Part shown: piece after piece, positions 45,810-54,470 of the stretch
How the letters are laid out: each line of letters starts with the position of its first letter
Numbering within the stretch: the first letter of the stretch is position 1
Assembly (NCBI GenBank): GCA_015064315.1
Contig: SVSL01000001.1
Coordinates: 15,801 to 79,800, forward strand
DNA from: Oscillospiraceae bacterium
Lineage (GTDB): Bacteria > Bacillota > Clostridia > Oscillospirales > CAG-272
Reading direction: 5' to 3'
DNA: 64,000 nucleotides
Position numbers and translations under genes: made by a program
The notes under the pieces: generated by a model
Told to the model about the DNA's origin: nothing
Seen by the model: only the letters and a program-made list of their open reading frames with translations
Databases searched by the model: none

Positions 45810-48743
45810 TTATGCGTACATTGCTTTGAGCTTTTCAGCTACCATTTCCGCAAGATGCTTGATACCTGCAAGAGAAGGATAATCCATATCTCTCTGCAGC
45901 TCTACCAAGCCCTCCTGCTCGTGGGTATCCTGAAAGAAATCAACAACCTCGGCACCGCAGTCGGCGGCAATGGCAATGACCATATCCTTAACGCCGCCCT
46001 CTTGACGGAGAACGGTACGGCGACTGTCATCCACGTTGCGACGGTCAAAGGGAGTGATCACGACGTTCTTTGCGCCGATATCCGAGAATGCCTGCAGGGT
46101 TTCTCTCAAGCCCTCGTCAAAGTCCTGGCGATAGCCCGAGGTCTCCCATTCGTCGGCAACCGCGTGACGCAGGTCGGCACATCCGAACATGGAAACGATC
46201 ACGTTCATCTTCTGCTCCTTCATTTCCTTGAGGAAGGAAGCGGAATTCTCCAGATAATTTTTGGGAGCGCGCTTGGAGGCTCTTGCCGTATCCTTGGCGT
46301 AAAGATATACGTCAAAGCCGTCTCCCAAAAGCTCCTGCAAGAAGAATGCGTAGGAGGGACCCTTGGGAGTCTTATCGCTGAACTGGTCGCCTACCACGGC
46401 AACGCGGATCGCGTCGGCGCGAGGCGTTACGGTGGAGGGATTTTCCACGACCTTGGAAAGCGGAACGGTCTCCTCGGGAACGCCTGCAAACGGAGCGTAA
46501 AGCGTGCGAGCTGTGCTCTTGAGAATGTGCACGAATACGTTTTCATCCACCTTTTGCTCCTCATTCAGCTCGGGCATGGTGAAGATGAGGGGGATGTTAC
46601 GAACGTAAAGGCCGCGGGTAGCATTTACCAGCACGGTGGAACAGGACACGAAGTTGCGGGTAAACCAATCGGTACGCTTCTTTCCGCAATCGTTGGCACC
46701 CATGCAGACCAGTACGGCATCGGGCTTGGCGTCAACGGCACGCGTCAACAGCGACCAGCCACTCCAGAACAGGTAGTTGTGGAGGCCCTTGGAGCCGTCG
46801 TTTTCGCCTGCGATCATGATGATCTCCTTTGCCTCGGGAACAATGGCTTGCGCCTTCTTCTCAAGGGCGGCAAGATCGGCGCAGCCGTCGGTAAGAACCA
46901 CGAGGCGCTCAATCTTGGGAGCGGTGGGCTCGGCGTACGTAGCCAAAGCCTTGCCCTCGGGCATTACAACAGCGGCAGGAATTGCGGGAACAAACGCTCT
47001 GGGCTTTTCGTTTCTGCGCAATCCCAGCACCTTCATTGTGGAAACCTCGTTGGTCCACTCATAATCAAAGCAATCGTTCCCCGCAACGTCGGCGCCGTGG
47101 TATCCGTCGGAGCGGATCCATGCACGGCAAGCAACCTCATCACCGTATCCGATGGTCAGCTTGCGGGTATAAGCATCGGGATCGAACTTCAGGGGACAAC
47201 AGTAAACCTCGTCCTCGGTCAGCGCGGTTCCGTAGAACTCGTTGAAATCTGCCATGGTCTTAGCAGATTCAGCGCCTCTGAACCAAATGGTGAGCATTCC
47301 GTGAGGTGCGATCTTGCGCGGCACGGTAAACTCCTTGTAGGTACCGAAGATGTAGTAACGGAAGGTATATTCCGAGGCATCGATCTCCACGTCGGTGTTG
47401 TTATATACGTCGTAGCAGCAGAAGGGCTGCTTCTGAAATTTAGCGATCTGAGAGATTCTGGAGTTGCAGAAAAATCTCTGAATGGTCAAAGGAGCAAGGT
47501 AAACCACACGGCTCAAGGTCACGGGCTCACCGTCGCACATACCGCGAACGATTGCCACAAGTCGGGTGTGCTTTGCCAGCACGGGGGAGGAGAAGCCTGC
47601 CAGCGTATCGGCACCGGCATCCAAATCACCCAGCTCGGAAACGTAGGGCTTTGCGCCCAGCTCAATGCTGACGCAAGCAGGATACCATTCGACCGACAGA
47701 TCGGTGATCTTCTTGTCTCCGATATTCTTGACGCAAGCCGATGCAACGGTCTTGCCGTTCTGATATCCGGTTTTGATCTCCATCTCCACAGGAGGATTCT
47801 GCTCTACGAAGATGGCGCCCGAAATGGCGTAGTGCATTCCGGAAATGCGCTTGACGTAGGTATATCTCTGATCGTCCGGAAGGGTGATCTCCCAATGATA
47901 GGTCTTTGCCGCGCCGACGTCAACCTGTGCCAGCACACGGTTGTGCTCGCCAACCAGCTGCAGCACGCCAAGTCCGCACTCCTTTTCGGTGGAGGCATCG
48001 ATCACCACGTTGAGCGCGCCGGTCTTCTTCAATCTGGAGCCGATCCACTCGCCGTTTGCCTTGTAGTAAAGCTGAAGGGTACGGTCGGTGGTGGAGAAGG
48101 TGCGATTCTTGCGCATTCCGTCGATGATATTCTCGCGGGTCAGCGACTCGGCAAGCACGCCTCCAGTCTCCTCTCGGTTGGTGGTCCAATATTTGTTGTG
48201 CGCATCCTCGTTGCTCACGGGGCTGATGTGCCAGCCCATGCGCAATGCGCGATCGTACTCCTCCTCAATGCAGGAAATGCCGTACTCGGTGATACGGATC
48301 TCCATGAGCTTGAAAATATCATCCATACGGGGATCGTAAACGAAATCGTTGAAGTTACCCCATTTGTCGCCGGGATGGTTGAACTGACCGATTCCCTTCT
48401 CTCCCGCCTTTGCCATTCCGTCATAAAAGCGATCCAGCGTGTAGGAGGTGGGGAAGAAAGCAGTGGGCTGCAGAATATTGATATGTCCGTAGTGACCCGT
48501 GGTAATATCGTACGTCATCTCATAGCCGTGAAGCGCCGCATACTTGCCGTCCTCATTGAAGGTCTCGGCAGTCTCGCCAACCAGCTTTACGCGGGTCTGA
48601 TCATAGCGTCCAAGATTGTGGTCGGTGGTAGCAAAGTAGTCAACGTGTCCTACGTCACGGGCATACGTGTACGCCTCGGCAACGGTTCCCTGACCGTCGG
48701 ATTCCGTGGAATGGGCGTGCACCTCACCGTAAAAGCATTTCAT
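45810..48743 (-). CDS. PHP-domain metallohydrolase with two degenerate SGNH-like modules (paralog 2)
   Basis: 977 aa, collinear with 42794..45712. Long identical runs include GQFNHPGDKWGNFNDF, MEIRITEYGISCIEEEYDRALRMGWHISPVSNED and YTYVKRISGMHYAISGAIFVEQ. Confidence 0.72.
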   Translation of the reverse strand: MKCFYGEVHAHSTESDGQGTVAEAYTYARDVGHVDYFATTDHNLGRYDQTRVKLVGETAETFNEDGKYAALHGYEMTYDITTGHYGHINILQPTAFFPTSYTLDRFYDGMAKAGEKGIGQFNHPGDKWGNFNDFVYDPRMDDIFKLMEIRITEYGISCIEEEYDRALRMGWHISPVSNEDAHNKYWTTNREETGGVLAESLTRENIIDGMRKNRTFSTTDRTLQLYYKANGEWIGSRLKKTGALNVVIDASTEKECGLGVLQLVGEHNRVLAQVDVGAAKTYHWEITLPDDQRYTYVKRISGMHYAISGAIFVEQNPPVEMEIKTGYQNGKTVASACVKNIGDKKITDLSVEWYPACVSIELGAKPYVSELGDLDAGADTLAGFSSPVLAKHTRLVAIVRGMCDGEPVTLSRVVYLAPLTIQRFFCNSRISQIAKFQKQPFCCYDVYNNTDVEIDASEYTFRYYIFGTYKEFTVPRKIAPHGMLTIWFRGAESAKTMADFNEFYGTALTEDEVYCCPLKFDPDAYTRKLTIGYGDEVACRAWIRSDGYHGADVAGNDCFDYEWTNEVSTMKVLGLRRNEKPRAFVPAIPAAVVMPEGKALATYAEPTAPKIERLVVLTDGCADLAALEKKAQAIVPEAKEIIMIAGENDGSKGLHNYLFWSGWSLLTRAVDAKPDAVLVCMGANDCGKKRTDWFTRNFVSCSTVLVNATRGLYVRNIPLIFTMPELNEEQKVDENVFVHILKSTARTLYAPFAGVPEETVPLSKVVENPSTVTPRADAIRVAVVGDQFSDKTPKGPSYAFFLQELLGDGFDVYLYAKDTARASKRAPKNYLENSASFLKEMKEQKMNVIVSMFGCADLRHAVADEWETSGYRQDFDEGLRETLQAFSDIGAKNVVITPFDRRNVDDSRRTVLRQEGGVKDMVIAIAADCGAEVVDFFQDTHEQEGLVELQRDMDYPSLAGIKHLAEMVAEKLKAMYA

Positions 48744-48946
48744 AAATCATTCCCTCTTTTCTTTGAATTGCAAAATGCATTTTCGAACGGAGGGCTCTTC
48801 AGCATCCCGTTCACCGTAAAAAATTACATTTTATATTTTACAACAAAAAGATATATTTTGCAATACTTTTTCTAAAAAAACAAAGCATTTTTTTTGCAAA
48901 ATGTTCAAAAAGAATCGGTTTTGAGCAAGCCTTTTTCAAAAAACTA

Positions 48947-48975
48947 TTGATTTTTGATCGCAACCGTGATATAAT
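48947..48975 (+). promoter_or_regulatory. sigma-70-type promoter of the AraC-family gene
   Basis: TTGATT (48947-48952), a 17-nt spacer ending in TGA (extended -10), then TATAAT (48970-48975). Confidence 0.55.
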
Positions 48976-49023
48976 GGGTACAGCTTGGCGGTATCTGCCG
49001 CTTTACGGAAGGAGGCGAGGGGC

Positions 49024-49869
49024 TTGAAAATCACGGTACAACAAATAGATCCGGCAGTTTTGTCGGTGCAGGGATTACAGTCCCTTCCCGAGGAGCTTCT
49101 ATCCGAGGGTCGTGCCGCACAGTTTTCGCATTATTGTCTGTTATATGCGGTGGACGGAATCTTTGAGATTCACTGGGAGCATAAAAGCCTGCTGATTCCC
49201 GAAAACAGCGCCTTCCTGTTTTTTCCGACCAAGGAATACACCGCACAGATCGTTCAAGCACCGTTGCACCTGATCGATATTCGGTTTGATTTTTCCGGAA
49301 AAGCAGTCTCGGGCACGGCACTGAAGAAAGCGACGAAGCAGCTTGACGATACCATTGCGTTTTTGGATCAAACGGCTCTCAATTCCCCCTTGGTGTTGCG
49401 TCCGTCCGCACAGGCGCGAAAGCTGTTGGAAGCGATCCTTTGGGAATGCCAGAAAAATCTGTTGTTCTCGCAAGAGATCGTCAATCTTTACATGAAAGCC
49501 TTCCTTTTGGAAATCTTTCGTGACAATATGGATCCGCACAACGCCGATTCTCCCAATACGGCGGAAAAGATCATGCGCTACGTGCACGAGCATATTACGG
49601 AGGTGCTTCCCAACGAGGCGGTAGCGCAGGCACTTTCCTATCATCCCAATTACGTCAATCGCGTAATCAAAAAAAGTACCGGCATGACGTTTCACAAATA
49701 CGTGGTGGACGAAAAGCTGTACTATGCCTCTACGTTGCTGATCAATACGAGCAAGAGCATTACCGACATTGCGTATGACCTTTCCTTCAATACCTCCTCC
49801 CATTTCAGCAACCTCTTTACCGAAAAATATCACTGCACGCCCTCTCAATACCGAAAAAAATACAGATAA
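49024..49869 (+). CDS. AraC family transcriptional regulator
   Basis: The C-terminal double HTH is AraC-type (ALSYHPNYVNRVIKKSTGMTFHKY...ITDIAYDLSFNTSSHFSNLFTEKYHCTPSQYR). TTG 49024 follows GGAAGGAGG and lies downstream of the predicted promoter. The ORF-track start at 48985 sits at the predicted transcription start. Confidence 0.8.
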   Translation: MKITVQQIDPAVLSVQGLQSLPEELLSEGRAAQFSHYCLLYAVDGIFEIHWEHKSLLIPENSAFLFFPTKEYTAQIVQAPLHLIDIRFDFSGKAVSGTALKKATKQLDDTIAFLDQTALNSPLVLRPSAQARKLLEAILWECQKNLLFSQEIVNLYMKAFLLEIFRDNMDPHNADSPNTAEKIMRYVHEHITEVLPNEAVAQALSYHPNYVNRVIKKSTGMTFHKYVVDEKLYYASTLLINTSKSITDIAYDLSFNTSSHFSNLFTEKYHCTPSQYRKKYR

Positions 49870-49967
49870 AAAGGGGCTGTCTCATCAAGAACACCTCAAA
49901 ACCGAAAGATAGCGTAGCCTTGAAGTTATTTCATGGCTACGCTATCTCTTTGAATGACCCAAAAACT

Positions 49968-50171
49968 TGTAGGGACCGGCGTAGCAAAGCGGCGCGAGCG
50001 TAATGAATGACACCACGGTGTGGTGTCAGAACGGGAGCGTGACCGAGTCGCAACGAGAACTCGACTGTCCGGAAAGCAACAAATTTTGCTTTTTAAACGG
50101 CTATTGGTATGCAGCCACACGCAAAGCAAACGCTTTTTCTTCTCGGACCGTCGGGGACGCCGGTCCCTACA
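49968..50171. repeat. cluster 3: REP-like unit with a distal inverted 15-mer
   Basis: A complete unit lies on the minus strand at 50143-50171 (TGTAGGGACCGGCGTCCCCGACGGTCCGA). Its first 15 nt, TGTAGGGACCGGCGT, recur in inverted orientation at 49968-49982, enclosing 174 nt. Confidence 0.5.
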
Positions 50172-50286
50172 CCGATAAATTGAATTTTTCGGTTTGTCGT
50201 TTTATTCTGTAAATACAGGTATTTGTTGAAAAAACTTTGAAAATGCTTTGAATAAGGGGCTTTCTTAATGAGACAGCCTCTTTTCT

Positions 50287-51263
50287 TTATTCCGCCAATA
50301 CGCAGAGCGCGTCAGAAAGCGGAACGCGATCGGTCAAAGTCGCTTTCATCTCCGCATCCAGCGCAAGAACGGTCAGGTCACCGCTCCGCTCGTTGGCGCA
50401 AAGGATAAATTTCTCATCCGGCGTCAGGATCATATCTCTGGGACCTCTGCCGCCGCAAGGGATATTGTGAAGCAGCGCAAGGCTTCTGCCATCCTCGGAC
50501 ACCGAAAATACGCTTACGGTATCGGCACCGCGATGGGAAACAAAGAGATGCCTTGCATTCCGCGTCAAACGGATCGCCGCCGCAGTATTTCCCTCCATGG
50601 AAACGCCGCAGGAATAGAGGAAAGGCATTTTAATTCATGCGCTTCCGCATCGTATTTCAGCACACTGACAGTGGACATCAGCTCGTTGACGGCGTAATAA
50701 AAGCCGTTTCTTCCCGCCACCAGATGACGCACGCCGTGTCCCTTGGGCATCTGACACTTGGAGAGCAGATTGAGATCAAGATCGTAAACAAAAACCGTAT
50801 CCAAGCCGAGATCGGTGCAGAACAAGGCATCCCCCTCCTCGGTGGGAATCACACAATGGGTGTGAGGGGCATCCTGCCGTCCGGGCTGATGATTCTCCGC
50901 AGGCGCGTGGGTCACTTCCCCGCCGCCGATCATGGAAAGATTGCCGGAAAGATAGTTTACCGCATAAATCCGATCTCCTACCTTGCAGAGGTGGCAAGCC
51001 ACAATGCCTTGGGTAGAAATCGGCTCGGATGCCGCGGTCAGCTCCGCGTTCACCTTGATATAGCCGCTCTTGCCGTCAAGCCCCTCGGGGGCACGCAAAA
51101 GCGTATGGAGCGTCTCGCCCTCCTTAACAAAATACATGGGGCGGTCAAGAGATAGAAAAGAACACCGAGAGAGCTTTCCCTCGGCGTTCAATTCATACTG
51201 CGCGATCCCACCGTCGGGTGCGCAGGACGCCGCCCAGACCTTACAGAGCGGTTTGTGTGTCAT
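50287..51263 (-). pseudogene. lactonase (7-bladed beta-propeller, 6-phosphogluconolactonase-like) interrupted by a frameshift
   Basis: ORFs 50565..51422 and 50287..50628 overlap in different frames. Together they read as one lactonase (...YYAVNELMSTVSVLKYDAEAHELK // ...EGNTAAAIRLTRNARHLFVSHRGADTVSVFSV...). The likely start, ATG 51263, follows a GGAGA RBS. Confidence 0.65.
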
Positions 51264-52143
51264 TGGGATCTCCGTTTCTGGCAAGCTCGTATTCCTCGGT
51301 CCAGTCAAGATCTCTGTATTCCTCACCGCGGGGATCGTTCTTGATCCAATCGGTAAGCAGATCCAGCATCTCCTCGGTCCAGGTAGCTCTGTCGATCTGC
51401 GCGGTGGTAAACTTGCCCTCACCGATCATTTCAAAGCCGAAATCGTCCTTGACGTGGGTCTTTGCCGCGCCCTCTACCACCTCTTGAACCAGGTGTGCGG
51501 GAATGAACAGAACACCGCCGCCGGCACCGAATACGATGTCACCGGGGAGGACGGTAGCCTTACCGATACGGGTAATGCTGTTAAAGTCCTTCATAATAAA
51601 CTCACGGATGGGAGTGGGATCAATGCCGCGGTAGTAGACCTGAACGCCCTCGTGGGTTACCATCTGCTCCACGTCACGGATACCGCCCCAGATCACGGCA
51701 CCGCCGGTCTTGGTGCGGGTCTTGATCGCCTTGGTCAGGTTGCCGCCAAGGAAGGTTCCCTTAAAGATCTTATCGTACATATCGGCAACTACAACGTCGC
51801 CCTCCACCAGAGAGTCGATGACCCACTGGTTGTAATTTCCCTTTCTTCCCTCCTCGGCACCGGTGGCAAAAGCAACCTCATGCAGGTCGGGTCTGGTAGG
51901 AACGAAGGAGCAGGTTACGGCACGTCCGATCAGCTTTCTGCCATCGTTGTGCAGGGTCTTGAGGTCGCCCTCAAACTGACTGATGTATCCCTTGACGAAA
52001 ATGGGCTTCCAAAGCTCCTCAAGGGTCATTTTGCGCATTGCCTCCAGATACTTATCCGGAACACGGGGACGTCCGTCGGGAAAGCGCTCGCCCTTCCATT
52101 CGGGAGTCAGCGCAATGATCTCTTCTCTGCAATTAAATTTCAT
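51241..52143 (-). CDS. RraA-family protein (putative class II pyruvate aldolase / oxaloacetate decarboxylase-like), long form
   Basis: GGNLTKAIKTRTKTGGAVIWGGIRDVEQM matches the RraA/HMG-aldolase core pattern. At 300 aa it has N- and C-terminal extensions beyond a ~160-aa core. Confidence 0.7.
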   Translation of the reverse strand: MKFNCREEIIALTPEWKGERFPDGRPRVPDKYLEAMRKMTLEELWKPIFVKGYISQFEGDLKTLHNDGRKLIGRAVTCSFVPTRPDLHEVAFATGAEEGRKGNYNQWVIDSLVEGDVVVADMYDKIFKGTFLGGNLTKAIKTRTKTGGAVIWGGIRDVEQMVTHEGVQVYYRGIDPTPIREFIMKDFNSITRIGKATVLPGDIVFGAGGGVLFIPAHLVQEVVEGAAKTHVKDDFGFEMIGEGKFTTAQIDRATWTEEMLDLLTDWIKNDPRGEEYRDLDWTEEYELARNGDPNDTQTAL

Positions 52144-52156
52144 GTCAATTCTCCTT

Positions 52157-53638
52157 TTATTCGGTAATCATGATCAAATAGGTGCTGTTCGCCGTCAGAT
52201 TCAAGGTCAGGGGCTCATCACCCTTTTGTACGGCAACAGGCTTGAGATTGCCCTCCTCGCGAAGCTTGGAAAGCATTTCCCCGTCCATTTCTCCCATGCC
52301 CAGCTTTTCGTAGAGGCGATAGGGATTGGTGTGGGTCTTATCGATACAGTATACGGTGACAGTCCTGCCGCTCACATCCTCGTCAAAGGCAACGGTTTCC
52401 TGCTTTGCGGGAAGATTCTCCTCAAAGCACTCGGAGGAATAGGAAAGCAGCACGGCATAGTCCCCCTTTTCGTTCTTGGTGGGAACCACGAAAATATTTT
52501 CATCGTCAACCTTAGCGTCCATCAGATCCTCGCCCAGCTTGGAGGCAAGAATGAAAGCGTTGTAGATCGGCTTCTTGATGAAATTGAGGGTAAAGAAGTT
52601 GCGGAAGCCCGAAAAATCGGTTACCATTTCATGCTGTCCCGACAGACACAGCAGCATCTTGGTAGGCTTATGCTTGGTGCGCAGGAAGGTATGGATCAGC
52701 TTGACGTAATACGCCGCATAGACCTCGTTTTCACGGAAGATCAGCGAGGGGCTCTCCTCCATGTTGTGGTAGCCGTGGCTGGATGCGCCCCATTCGTCGT
52801 AGACCAGCTCTACGTCTCCAAAGCCCTTCTCCACGATGATGTCCATGTATTCCTTTTCGCGGACGAGATGATTGTTTACTGTCAGCGGAATACTCCCCTC
52901 ATTGAGGAAGGTGGGAGAGGTGCCGTAGTTATGCAGGGCAAGATAGTCCAGCTTCAGATTTTTCTCCTTGACGTAGTCCAGAAAAGGAGGGAGAAACGCG
53001 GGACGGTGCGCCAGCGTAGGACCGCCGACACGAATGCGCTCGGAAACGCGACGAACACCCTTTTGGAATGCCTCGTACATCTTGTTGTATTCCAAAGCGC
53101 GCTCTACGGATGCCTCTCTGGGAAGCTCACCCATAAAGAAGGTGCGGATATCGGGCTCGTTGAAGCATTGGCAATACCAGGTGGATACGCGCTCAATGCC
53201 GTATCGCTTCACGATATGCTTGGTATATTCGTAGCAAAGCTCTTCCCAAAGTGAAAGATCGGCAGGAGGAGAGGTGTTCCACATCTTCCCCTTATAACGA
53301 GTCTTTCCCTTTGCGGCAGAATTTTTGCTGTCGGTGCTTCTCGCAATGCAGTCGGGCATTCCGCCGTAGGCGAGGATCAGATCGTAGCCCTTCTCCAAAA
53401 GGTAATCCATACGGAGATCGCTCAGGCGGAAATCATACAGCAGCTTTCCCGTTTCGTCCTGATAGACGATATCCTCAAACATGGTGTAAATGCGAACGGT
53501 TCTGATGGCACCGTCCTCTGCCATGCGGTCAAGGATGCGTCTGCCCCAAGGATCCTCCACGGCGTCGGTGGGATGGAACAAACAGTGGTTCCAGAAGTTG
53601 GTTTGCTTACGGATCAGATCGTTGGTAATGCGAATCAT
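52157..53638 (-). CDS. GH39-like (clan GH-A) glycoside hydrolase, cytoplasmic
   Basis: ATG 53638 (MIRITNDL...). CQCFNEPD is an NEP acid/base-like motif and VYDEWG is nucleophile-like. The overall length fits GH39 xylosidase/iduronidase-like enzymes. The family call is by eye only. Confidence 0.62.
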   Translation of the reverse strand: MIRITNDLIRKQTNFWNHCLFHPTDAVEDPWGRRILDRMAEDGAIRTVRIYTMFEDIVYQDETGKLLYDFRLSDLRMDYLLEKGYDLILAYGGMPDCIARSTDSKNSAAKGKTRYKGKMWNTSPPADLSLWEELCYEYTKHIVKRYGIERVSTWYCQCFNEPDIRTFFMGELPREASVERALEYNKMYEAFQKGVRRVSERIRVGGPTLAHRPAFLPPFLDYVKEKNLKLDYLALHNYGTSPTFLNEGSIPLTVNNHLVREKEYMDIIVEKGFGDVELVYDEWGASSHGYHNMEESPSLIFRENEVYAAYYVKLIHTFLRTKHKPTKMLLCLSGQHEMVTDFSGFRNFFTLNFIKKPIYNAFILASKLGEDLMDAKVDDENIFVVPTKNEKGDYAVLLSYSSECFEENLPAKQETVAFDEDVSGRTVTVYCIDKTHTNPYRLYEKLGMGEMDGEMLSKLREEGNLKPVAVQKGDEPLTLNLTANSTYLIMITE

Positions 53639-53749
53639 AATCAAAATCCTCTCTTGCGTAATAATTGCGATACTTTTATTATACAGAAAGAAGAACGAAG
53701 ATGCAATCTCAAAAAACGACAAAAATATGCGATTTCTTTACATTATGAA

Positions 53750-54466
53750 TCAAAGACGCAGTCCGCCGTCCATAACGATATCGCTCCCCGTGATGTAAGC
53801 GCCCGCATCCGAGCACAGAAGCAGAACCGCACCAACGCAATCCTCGGGCTGACCGAAGCGTCCCATGGGAATGGAGGATTCCACCGCTCTTCTCTTTTCG
53901 TCATCCTCGTAGATCGCCGCGTTTCTGGGCGTTGCGATGGCACCGGGAGCAATATTGTTGACGGTCACACCAAAGGGTGCTACCTGCTTGGCGATATTCT
54001 TGACAAGGCTCATCACCGCGCATTTGGTAGCGGCATACATGGGAAGCTCGGGATGGTTGCGGTATTGATTGGTGCTTCCAACCGTTACGATGCGTCCCCA
54101 TCCCTGCTCCTTCATGGCAGGATAATATGCCTGCATCAGCAAGAGACTGCTCTTGACGTTGACGGTAAATTGCAGATCCATGCTTTCCTCGTCGATCTCA
54201 TCCCAGCGTTGCTTATTTTGCACGCTGGCGTTGAGAACCAGACAATCCACCGCTCCGGTCTTGGTAACAAGCTCCTTGACCTCTTCGGGCTTGGAAAAAT
54301 CCGCAGTTACTGCCTTCCACGCGCCGATCTCGGTCTTAATGCGCTCAGCCTTTTCCAAATTGGAGGTGCAATGAACGATCACGTCGTAGCCCTCCCTTAC
54401 AAATGCCGCCGCCATGGCTTTTCCAATGCCTTGGGTGGAGCCTGTAATCAGTATTTTCTTTTTCAT
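53750..54466 (-). CDS. SDR family oxidoreductase
   Basis: ATG 54466 (MKKKILITGSTQGIGKA...). Has the TGxxxGIG cofactor motif and the YAATK catalytic YxxxK. Confidence 0.85.
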   Translation of the reverse strand: MKKKILITGSTQGIGKAMAAAFVREGYDVIVHCTSNLEKAERIKTEIGAWKAVTADFSKPEEVKELVTKTGAVDCLVLNASVQNKQRWDEIDEESMDLQFTVNVKSSLLLMQAYYPAMKEQGWGRIVTVGSTNQYRNHPELPMYAATKCAVMSLVKNIAKQVAPFGVTVNNIAPGAIATPRNAAIYEDDEKRRAVESSIPMGRFGQPEDCVGAVLLLCSDAGAYITGSDIVMDGGLRL

Positions 54467-54470
54467 ATTC

